Positions 19,064 to 29,097 of a stretch of 49,096 nt of DNA are shown here, in pieces (the first letter of the stretch is position 1; each line of letters opens with the position of its first letter). Source of the DNA: Pseudomonadota bacterium (GTDB taxonomy: Bacteria; Pseudomonadota; Gammaproteobacteria; Burkholderiales; Burkholderiaceae_C). Made by a program: the position numbers and the translations under genes. The notes below the pieces were generated by a model. That model was not told where the DNA came from. It did no database searches and was given only the letters and a program-made list of their open reading frames with translations. Where the stretch lies: NCBI GenBank assembly GCA_023436025.1, contig JAEZKX010000178.1, forward strand, positions 1-49,096. Direction: 5' to 3'.

Positions 19064-19122
19064 GCCGAAAGGAGCGGGCGCGCCCCGCCGCGAAAGGAAC
19101 CGGGCGGGGCGCAACCCCGTCT

Positions 19123-19824
19123 TCACTGCGCCTCGGGCGAACGCAGCTCGAGGCGGTAGCCGAAGCCGCGGATGGAGCGCAACGCCACTCCGTGCGGTTC
19201 GAGCTTGCCGCGCAGGCGCGAGATGTAGACCTCCACCGCGTTGGGCGTGATCTCCTTGTCCCAGCCGGTCAGCGCCTGCAGCAGCTTTTCCTTGCTGGCC
19301 GGCTTGGGCGCGTTGATCAACAGGTACTCCATCACCGTCCACTCGCGCGGTCCGAGTTCGATCGCGATGGCCTGGCCGTTGCGCTGTGCACTGGCGCGGC
19401 GGTTGGCGGTGTCCAGCTCGATCGGGCCGAAGCTCAGCACCGCGGAGGTGGCCGCCTGCGAGCGCCGCAGCAGCGCGCGCAGGCGCGCCAGCAGTTCCGG
19501 CAGCTCGAAGGGCTTGATCATGTAGTCGTCCGCGCCCAGGTCCAGGCCCTGGACCCGGTCGCTGAGCGCGTCGCGCGCCGTGAGGATCAGCACCGGCATG
19601 TGCTGGCTGGCCATCTCGGGACGGCGCAGCCGCCGCGTGAGTTCCAGGCCATCCATGTTGGGCAGGCCGATGTCGATGATGGCCGCGTCGAACACCTCGC
19701 TGCGCAGCACCTCCTCGGCCCGTTCGCCGCTGCCGACCCAGTCGACCGCGTAGCCGGCGTTGCTCAGCCCCAGCTTGATCCCGCTGGCGACCATCACATC
19801 GTCCTCGACCAGCAGCAGCCTCAT
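19123..19824 (-). CDS. OmpR-family response regulator (TctD/QseB-like)
   Basis: MRLLLVEDD, DIGLP, GADDYMIKPF, VEVYISRLRGKL..IRGFGY. ATG at 19824. Confidence 0.95.
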   Translation of the reverse strand: MRLLLVEDDVMVASGIKLGLSNAGYAVDWVGSGERAEEVLRSEVFDAAIIDIGLPNMDGLELTRRLRRPEMASQHMPVLILTARDALSDRVQGLDLGADDYMIKPFELPELLARLRALLRRSQAATSAVLSFGPIELDTANRRASAQRNGQAIAIELGPREWTVMEYLLINAPKPASKEKLLQALTGWDKEITPNAVEVYISRLRGKLEPHGVALRSIRGFGYRLELRSPEAQ

Positions 19825-19829
19825 CGTGC

Positions 19830-21894
<2,065 letters not shown>

Positions 21895-22043
21895 GCCCTC
21901 TCCCTTTTTCGCAGGCGCCGATTGTGGCATCGCGCGGGCCCGCCGGACGATGGCGGTACGCCCCGACACCCTGCCATGGCAGGCGCGGTGAAGTACTGTA
22001 CGCTTCGATCTTCCCGGTCCGAGCCGGGCGGCTCGAACAAGAC

Positions 22044-22880
22044 ATGACATTCAGGGAAGAACCGGCGCCGGCACCGCTTGCACAGCGGGTGACCGCCTCC
22101 ATCGTCAGCCATGGGCACGGCGAGTACGTGCGGCGGCTGCTCGTCGACCTCGACGCGGCGGGCCACGCCATCGAGCGCATCGTCCTGACGCGAAACATTC
22201 CGGAACCCGGCCTGCTGGAGGGGCTGGCCCTCAGGACCCCCCTCACGGTCATCGACAACCCTGCGCCCCTTGGCTTCGGCGCCAACCACAATGCCGCGTT
22301 CGGGCATTGCGCCTCGCCCTGGTTCCTGGTCCTCAATCCGGATGTCCGGATGGACCCAGGCGTGCTGCCCGGAATGCTTGCGCGCGCCCCGGCGCAGGCG
22401 GGCGTCGTGGCGCCGCGCGTGGTGGAGCCGGGTCGCCCCCGCCCGGAGCCTCGCAGGGGACTCCTCACGCCCTTCGAGATCATCGGCCGCCGGCTGCGCA
22501 GGGACTACGACGCCCCGCGCGCCGAATGGGTGGCGGGCATGTTCATGCTGTTCCGCGCCCCCGCCTTCGAGGCGGTCGGCGGTTTCGACGAGAAGTTCTT
22601 CATGTACGTGGAGGATGCGGACATCTGCGCCCGACTCTCCCTCATGGGCTGGGAGGTGGCGGTCGACGAATCGGCGCGCATCCTGCACGACGCCCAGCGG
22701 GACAGCCATCGCCATTGGCGGCCCCTCGCATGGCATTGGCAAAGCCTGTTGCGCTGGTGGTTCTCTCCCGTGTTCTGGCGCAAGGCCCTGCGCAAGCGGA
22801 GGCCCGGAAGCCCCCGCCAAGCGCCTTCGCCGCCAGCTGGCACCGACGCCGCGGCCTCCGGCCGGAAGCGGGCCTCCTAG
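22044..22880 (+). CDS. GT2 glycosyltransferase, WbbL-like rhamnosyltransferase
   Basis: SIVSHGH, GFGANHNAAF, LVLNPD, GGFDEKFFMYVEDADIC. Start MTFREE at 22044. Confidence 0.85.
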   Translation: MTFREEPAPAPLAQRVTASIVSHGHGEYVRRLLVDLDAAGHAIERIVLTRNIPEPGLLEGLALRTPLTVIDNPAPLGFGANHNAAFGHCASPWFLVLNPDVRMDPGVLPGMLARAPAQAGVVAPRVVEPGRPRPEPRRGLLTPFEIIGRRLRRDYDAPRAEWVAGMFMLFRAPAFEAVGGFDEKFFMYVEDADICARLSLMGWEVAVDESARILHDAQRDSHRHWRPLAWHWQSLLRWWFSPVFWRKALRKRRPGSPRQAPSPPAGTDAAASGRKRAS

Positions 22881-25800
22881 GCCTCGGCGGCGGCCAGGGC
22901 AAGCCGGCCATCCTGCGGGGCATCCTCCCCGCTGCCGCTGGCCGATTTGCGGAACAGGTCGATGTAGAGCGAGGCCACCGCTTCGATACGGAAGCGGCTG
23001 ACGATCCGCGGCACGCGTTCCTGCGCCTTCCGGTAGCGCCTTTCGTCGCCGGCGAAAGCCGCGATGGCCGCCGCGGCGGCGTCCACCGGCACCTGCCAGT
23101 CCTCCAGTCCGATCACTTCGCCGGCCACCCCGTCCGGCGACGAGAGCATGTTGCGAATGTCGCCCACGTCGGTCGCGATATAGGGTTTGCCGGCGAACAG
23201 GCAGTCGACGATCGTGAGCGGAAAGCTCTCCGAGCGGAACCGGGTCAACATGATCCCCATGTCGGCGCCCGCGTAGTGGCCCGCGGAATTCTCGCTGAAG
23301 CCCACGAGCCGCACGAAGGGCGGCACGCCAACGCTGCGGTACTCGTCGTACACCGGCCCGTTGCCGACCAGCACCAGCCGGATGTCGCGGCCCGAGAGCT
23401 GGCGCGCCCTTGCGACGGCTTCGATCGCCTCGGCCCATCCCTTGTCCGGAATCGCCCGGCTGACGCAGCAAAGAACGAAGGCATCTTCCGGAATGTCCAG
23501 GTCGCCCCGGCGCACCGGTTCGATACGGGGTGTCTGAATGCCGTTCGGCATTTTCACGAAACGCTTCTCGTCCTCGGACACCATGTTGAACTTCACGAAG
23601 GGCCCCAGGTTCTTGTCCGCGGTGTAAACCCACGTCCCGACGCTCCTGTCGGCCGCGCGCAGTTCCTGCTCGGTCACCGAGAACGCGTTCCCGTGCTCGA
23701 TCATGCCGTGCAGCGTGGCGACATGCGAACGCAGCCGCGCGAACACGTCCGGCACCTGCACCGGGTACTTCTGCACATGCCACTGGTGCGAATTCAGCAC
23801 CTCGATGCCGAACTGCTCGATGATGTGCTTCACGGGCTCGATCTCTCCCGTTTCGACGAGCGGGACATCGTTCCTCAGCATCCGCCGGACACCGTCCTCG
23901 CGCGGGTTCAGGCCGGTACTCAGCAGCAGCACCGAAAGGCCCTGGCGCTTGAACTCGTTGGCGAGGCGGATCGGGAGGATTTCCGCGCCGCCGGGGAAGA
24001 ACCCCATCGTCGAAACCATCACGTTGGGCAGGCGCTTGGAGCGTGCCCGCATGACGGCGTCGAAGTCGAACCAGGCGTCGAATTCCTCATCGCCGTTGCC
24101 CACCAGCCGCTCATAGTGCTCCCGGTAGGACGCCCGGCAGCGTTCGAGCGTCGACAGCGGCACGTCGTACAGCCTGGCGACGGCCTGGCAAGCCCGGCCC
24201 ACCTCCTGGAAGAACGTTGCCTTGCGATAGCTCGACTCCGCCGTGCTGCCCTCATAACGCCGGAAGTAGTTCGTCGCACCCGGGTCGTAAGCGATCTTGC
24301 CGCCACGGGCGAGATGGAGATAGAACACCCAGTCGCCGACGACACGCATCGACAGCCAGTCCGGATCATCGAGCAAGGCCATGTCGACGGGACGCCGGAA
24401 GAGAACGCCGCTGGCATTCGGAATCGTGTTCTTGATCCCCAGCGCCATGCGCACCTCGCGATGCGCCGTCTCCACGTACGGCTGGTCCCACCGCTCGACC
24501 TCTTCGAGGTCCCACAAGTATTCCCGGAAGCCCTGCTCCATGCCGACGCCGTCGCGATCCACGAAGACGCTGTGGCCGCATGCAAGGAGGACGGCTTCGT
24601 CGTCGAACCGGCGGACCAGCACCTCCAGGAAGCGCTCGTCACAGTAATCGTCGCTTTCGGCGATCCACACCAGATCGCCGGAGGCGGCCTTGATGCCCTT
24701 TGCCCACTGCCTGAACGCGCCTCCCGAGTTCACCTCGTTGTACAGGGTGCGCGTGATGTCGGGGTGGGCCGCCGCGTATGCGTCCATGACGGCACGGCTG
24801 CCGTCGCGCGAGCAGTCATCCATCAGGATGACCTCGATGTTGCGGTACGTCTGCCGGTAGATGCTGTCGAGTCTCTGGCGCAGGAACGGCTCGTGGTTGT
24901 AGTTCGGCACGATCACCGACACCTTGGGCATCCGCGCTCCGGAAGCGATGCCGAGGATGGCACGGCTGGTTTCGTTGAGGCGGCCGTACCCGCTGCTGCG
25001 GTCCGGCTCCAGCACGCTGCCGCGGTTCCAGTCGTTCCACGAACGCAGGAACACGAGGCGCCGCTCGGCTTGCGGAATGGTGCGCGCCGCCTCGATCGCC
25101 GCGTCCAGCCAGCGGCGGTACTGCCCGGGCTGGAAGCGTTTGTAGACCAGCGGGCAGGGTTCGCCGGCGGCGGTGCTGTCACGCCCCACGGTCACGGTCT
25201 GGTACAGGGGAAATACCGAACGGCGGCTTGCGTGGGCGCGGGCGGCCCCCTGCGCCGCCACGACGGAGTACGGGGCCGAGAGGATGCCCCCGCTTTCGAG
25301 CAGCCGGTAGGCGCCGGTCTCGCGCGGCACGAGCGGCTCGGGCAGGTCGAGCACGGCGTCACACGCACCGACGGCGCACGCATCGGCAATGGCCTGGCCG
25401 TCACCTTCCGTCCAGCAGGCGATCAGGTAGACCGGCCCCCGCGCCTGGCTTTCGAGCAGGCGGCGCAGCCGGCCGAGCTCATCCTGCACCCCGGCGCCGG
25501 AATCGGCGGGCTTGAGCAGGACCACCACCCGGCCGTGCACGCGCAGCGCGCGGCTGTCGCCGAACGCGCGATCCATCAGCGGCCCGGCCGCAGGCGACGT
25601 CGCGGCCGCACCATCGAGCGCGAGGCAGAAGCGGATGTCCACGTCCTGCTGGTCCAGGAAAGCACCCAGCGCCCCCAGTCCCAGCTCGCCACCGGCTTCG
25701 AGCCGGACCGGGAAGCAGAAACCCTGCACGCCATGGCTGCGCGCCAGCGCCGCCTGCCGCTGCAATGTCGCGCCATCCGTGGCCGCATAGAACCCGGCAA

Positions 25801-28117
25801 CCGAATGCGGCAGCAAGGGCTGCGTGTCGCCGCTCGCCTGCACGCGCGAACCGCGCACGGCCGTCCAATCGGGCGTCGCGTGGAACGCCAGGAGCATGGC
25901 GTCCGTGTCGAGCCGGCCGAACCGGATGTTGTCCTCGTAGTGCACAACCGCCCGCGGGTCCGGACGGCGAAGTTCGGAGGCTCCGGCCACGACGTAATGC
26001 CAGAACGGGTTGATGCCCGCCTCGCGGATGTCCTTGTAGGCGGCGAGATAGGCCTCCGTGCTGAAGTCGTCACACGGATTGCGCCCCTCGCGCCAGCCTC
26101 GCTCGCAATAATGCCGGATCGCGTCGGCCGGGGCCGGATCGATGTCTGGATTCATCGCCCGGTAGAAGGCTTCGTCGAACTGCCCCGAGGCCCGGATCGC
26201 CTCGACCTCGATCGCCACCCGCGCCTCGTCGCGCGACGCCGTTTCGCCCGGGTGTGCCGGCCGCCCTTCCGCCGCACCGGCGAGAACGTAGTGCAGCAGC
26301 GGATTCATGCCCGCTTCCTTGATGTCCGGGGACGTCGCCAGGTAGAACAGGGTGTCGAAGGCGGCCGAGGGATTCCTGCCTTCGCGCCAGCCGTGCGCGC
26401 AATAGTGCTGGACGGGATCGACGACGCTGGCGAGGTCCGGGTACCGCGACCGGTACCAGGCCTCGTCGAACAACCCGCTTTCGCGGATCGCCGCCACCTC
26501 GCTGGCCAGTTGGCCAGGCCCGCTCGCCTCGCCTTGCGGCCCCAACGCTTCTGCCGGTGCCCCCTGCGCACCCGGATCGATGGGCAAGAGTGCATCGGGA
26601 TGGGGTTTCCTCAGCTCGGCCGCTCCAGCCCGGAGATAGTGGGCGAAAGGGTTGACCCCCGCCTCGCGAATGTCCGCATTCGTCTCGAGGTAGTACCGGG
26701 TGCTGAAGCGAGGCGAAGGGTCGCGCCACTCGCGCCAGCCGTGCGCGCAATAGTGCGCGATCACGTCCAGGGTGGCGGGAAGGTCCGGATTCGCGGCCCG
26801 ATAGAACTCCTCGTCGAACTGGCCGGATGCGCGGATCGTCTCGGCATCCGCCGCTTCCGCGCCGGCGCTGCCTCCCTGCAGGCGGCTGGCAAGCCTTCTC
26901 AGCTTGGCGCGGGCCAGCCGGGCCACGGCCATCAGCCTGCGCGCCGGCGCGGTGGCCCGCCAAGACCTGGATTGCAGGAGTTCCTCGATCCGGTCGAGCG
27001 CGGCACGCAGATGGACCTCGTCCTCGTGATGGGTCTGCTGCATCCGCGAGGACCCGTCAGCGAGTTCTTGCCGGAGGGTCGCGAGCACGCCGGCATGCTC
27101 CTCGAGCTGGCGACGCATGCTGTCGCGCTCCAGCTCGAGTTGCTGGTTGAGCCGTTTCAACGATTGCAGCTGCTCATGCTGAGCGACGATCTGGGCCATC
27201 AGGGCGTCGATGCGCTGGTCTCGCCGGGCCACCTGCTCGTCACGCTGGGCGAGCTGCATGTCGCGCTGGCCGATCTGCTCGTCGCGGCGCGCCAGCTCCT
27301 GATCGCGCTGGCCGATGTGGGTGTCGCGCTGCTCGAGGGCCAGCCGAAGTTCACGGGCACCGCGGGCCACTTCATCATGGCTCGCCTGCAGTGCCACCAG
27401 GCGTTCCTCGGATTCCGCTTGCTGCGCGCGAAGGGCCGCGATCGTGCCCTCGGCATCGACGAGTGCGACGTGGTCGGGACTCAGGAAGCCGGCGCGGCTC
27501 TCGAGGCCGGATCGCGAATCGAAGCCGTTGGAATAGTCGTCGAGCGCATCGAGCATGCGGCGCGGGTAGGCATCGGCATGCTGCCGGTCCTTGACGAACA
27601 CGGCCACGAAGTCATGCCATGCGCCGCCGCTTTCGTACGTGTCGGGCGATCGCTGGCCCACGAAGGACTCGGTCAGCAGCGTGCGGTAGCCGTTGTGGCT
27701 GGCCCAGGCTTCGAGCGCGCGCCCGGCATCCGGGTAGAAGCGCCAGCAGTCGACCGGGTAACGATGGATGCTCCCGTTGCTGGGCACGTTGAGGTAGAGC
27801 AGCCCATCCGGCTTGAGCACCCGGAGGATCTCCAGGAACACCAGCCAGTGGAACTGGGAATGTTCGAAGCAGGAACTGCAGACGACAATGTCGAGGCTTG
27901 CGTCAGCGAAAGGCAGCTTGTAGGGGTCGTCCAGCACCACGTCGACGCCATTGCCGGCCACGAAGTCGACCCCGACGTAGCTCAGGTGAGGCGGAAGCAC
28001 ATCTTTCAGGGAACCGTTGACGTCCTGCGCGCCGATGTCGTAGACGACGGCACCTTCCCGGCCGGCGCAGTAAGTCTCGAAGAACAGCTTGCCGAAGTTG
28101 AGGGCGGATGGATGCAT
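22877..28117 (-). CDS. 1746-aa multidomain polysaccharide biosynthesis protein: SAM methyltransferase / coiled-coil / repeats / GH99(WbsX)-like / GT2 / GT4
   Basis: YDIGAQDVNGS and LRVLKPDGLLY (class I MTase); heptad region; three ~80-aa repeats; LEPDRSSGYG WbsX-like tail; VSVIVPNYNH..WIAESDD (GT-A); GGAE..ESFPLTIVD..GKPYIATDVG (GT-B). Start MHPSA at 28117. Confidence 0.9.
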   Translation of the reverse strand: MHPSALNFGKLFFETYCAGREGAVVYDIGAQDVNGSLKDVLPPHLSYVGVDFVAGNGVDVVLDDPYKLPFADASLDIVVCSSCFEHSQFHWLVFLEILRVLKPDGLLYLNVPSNGSIHRYPVDCWRFYPDAGRALEAWASHNGYRTLLTESFVGQRSPDTYESGGAWHDFVAVFVKDRQHADAYPRRMLDALDDYSNGFDSRSGLESRAGFLSPDHVALVDAEGTIAALRAQQAESEERLVALQASHDEVARGARELRLALEQRDTHIGQRDQELARRDEQIGQRDMQLAQRDEQVARRDQRIDALMAQIVAQHEQLQSLKRLNQQLELERDSMRRQLEEHAGVLATLRQELADGSSRMQQTHHEDEVHLRAALDRIEELLQSRSWRATAPARRLMAVARLARAKLRRLASRLQGGSAGAEAADAETIRASGQFDEEFYRAANPDLPATLDVIAHYCAHGWREWRDPSPRFSTRYYLETNADIREAGVNPFAHYLRAGAAELRKPHPDALLPIDPGAQGAPAEALGPQGEASGPGQLASEVAAIRESGLFDEAWYRSRYPDLASVVDPVQHYCAHGWREGRNPSAAFDTLFYLATSPDIKEAGMNPLLHYVLAGAAEGRPAHPGETASRDEARVAIEVEAIRASGQFDEAFYRAMNPDIDPAPADAIRHYCERGWREGRNPCDDFSTEAYLAAYKDIREAGINPFWHYVVAGASELRRPDPRAVVHYEDNIRFGRLDTDAMLLAFHATPDWTAVRGSRVQASGDTQPLLPHSVAGFYAATDGATLQRQAALARSHGVQGFCFPVRLEAGGELGLGALGAFLDQQDVDIRFCLALDGAAATSPAAGPLMDRAFGDSRALRVHGRVVVLLKPADSGAGVQDELGRLRRLLESQARGPVYLIACWTEGDGQAIADACAVGACDAVLDLPEPLVPRETGAYRLLESGGILSAPYSVVAAQGAARAHASRRSVFPLYQTVTVGRDSTAAGEPCPLVYKRFQPGQYRRWLDAAIEAARTIPQAERRLVFLRSWNDWNRGSVLEPDRSSGYGRLNETSRAILGIASGARMPKVSVIVPNYNHEPFLRQRLDSIYRQTYRNIEVILMDDCSRDGSRAVMDAYAAAHPDITRTLYNEVNSGGAFRQWAKGIKAASGDLVWIAESDDYCDERFLEVLVRRFDDEAVLLACGHSVFVDRDGVGMEQGFREYLWDLEEVERWDQPYVETAHREVRMALGIKNTIPNASGVLFRRPVDMALLDDPDWLSMRVVGDWVFYLHLARGGKIAYDPGATNYFRRYEGSTAESSYRKATFFQEVGRACQAVARLYDVPLSTLERCRASYREHYERLVGNGDEEFDAWFDFDAVMRARSKRLPNVMVSTMGFFPGGAEILPIRLANEFKRQGLSVLLLSTGLNPREDGVRRMLRNDVPLVETGEIEPVKHIIEQFGIEVLNSHQWHVQKYPVQVPDVFARLRSHVATLHGMIEHGNAFSVTEQELRAADRSVGTWVYTADKNLGPFVKFNMVSEDEKRFVKMPNGIQTPRIEPVRRGDLDIPEDAFVLCCVSRAIPDKGWAEAIEAVARARQLSGRDIRLVLVGNGPVYDEYRSVGVPPFVRLVGFSENSAGHYAGADMGIMLTRFRSESFPLTIVDCLFAGKPYIATDVGDIRNMLSSPDGVAGEVIGLEDWQVPVDAAAAAIAAFAGDERRYRKAQERVPRIVSRFRIEAVASLYIDLFRKSASGSGEDAPQDGRLALAAAEA
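25956..26836 (-). repeat. Three intragenic ~80-aa repeats (IRxSGxFDExxYRxxxPD...HY..G.xE.R.P)
   Basis: Units at about 26598-26836, 26250-26488 and 25956-26197, aligned by eye. Confidence 0.9.
27206..27331 (-). repeat. Six 21-nt/7-aa degenerate tandem units in the coiled-coil
   Basis: QRDTHIG QRDQELA RRDEQIG QRDMQLA QRDEQVA RRDQRID. Confidence 0.9.
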
Positions 28118-28173
28118 GCGTGTGTTGTAGGTTCTTGCCGGCCCGCCTTGCGTCGCTGGCCAGCCTGTGGCGC

Positions 28174-29097
28174 CTAGGCCAGTGCTGCGGGGCTCGTCAT
28201 GCGCAAGCCCTCGCGCAGGGCGATCTTCGGCGTCCACTGCAGCTCGCGCCGGGCCAGCGCGTTGTCCAGGATGCTGACAGGCACGTCGAAGCTGCGGCCC
28301 GGCAGGTAGCGCCGCACGAGCGGGCGACCCAGGTACTCCTCGACTGCATCGGCCAGCTCGTTGATGCTCAGCCCCCGGCCCGAGCCGATGTTGAACACCT
28401 GGTGCGGTCCGTCATACCGCAGTGCGCACGCGAACGCGGCGGCGACATCCTCCACGTGCAGGTAGTCCCGCGTCACGGAGCCGTCGCCCCAGATCTCGAC
28501 CGGCTCGCCGCGGGCGCCCCGGTGGAGAAAGGCGGCGAGCGCTCCTTGGGCCGTGTCGACTCTCTGCCCCGCGCCGTAGGGGTTGGCGATCCTCAGGGAC
28601 ACCGGCTGCAGGCCGTGCAGGCGGCTGTAGAGGTGGAGGTACTTCTCGATCATCAGCTTCGTGATGCCGTAGGAAACCTCGGGCTGCGTCGGGTGGTCCT
28701 CCGCGATGGGAACGATCTTGGGGATCCCGTAGACCGTTCCTCCGGACGAAGCGAAGACGATCTTGCGCACGCCGCGACCCACCATGAGCGACAGCAGGCG
28801 CAGCGTCGCCACGACGTTGGTGTCGACGTCCTGGGCCGGAGCCTCGTTCGAAGCCTTGGGCAACATGGTCGACACGAGGTGGATGACGGCGTCGACGCCG
28901 TCCAACGCGGCGTCCAGGGCGCTCGGATCCTGGAAGTCGCCGGGCATCCACTCCAGGTCAGCCGCGTCCTTCAACCACGCCGGCACCGCCTGGGGCCGGT
29001 CGAAGACCCTCGCGCGCCAGCCATCCGCGACCACCTGACGTGTCACTGCCGAGCCGATGAACCCGGCCCCACCGAGAATCAAGCAAGTTTTTCGCAC
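28174..29097 (-). CDS. NAD-dependent nucleotide-sugar epimerase/dehydratase (extended SDR)
   Basis: [45 protein letters not shown] start with GGGAG RBS. Confidence 0.92.
   Translation of the reverse strand: MRKTCLILGGAGFIGSAVTRQVVADGWRARVFDRPQAVPAWLKDAADLEWMPGDFQDPSALDAALDGVDAVIHLVSTMLPKASNEAPAQDVDTNVVATLRLLSLMVGRGVRKIVFASSGGTVYGIPKIVPIAEDHPTQPEVSYGITKLMIEKYLHLYSRLHGLQPVSLRIANPYGAGQRVDTAQGALAAFLHRGARGEPVEIWGDGSVTRDYLHVEDVAAAFACALRYDGPHQVFNIGSGRGLSINELADAVEEYLGRPLVRRYLPGRSFDVPVSILDNALARRELQWTPKIALREGLRMTSPAALA

Noticed and set aside
22877..22880. Convergent genes sharing a CTAG stop overlap
   Set aside because: Common compact arrangement with no evidence of a special role.
22307..28177. 1956-aa plus-strand ORF
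   Set aside because: Antisense shadow of the 1746-aa glycosyltransferase; Arg/Ala/Gly-rich with no recognisable domain.
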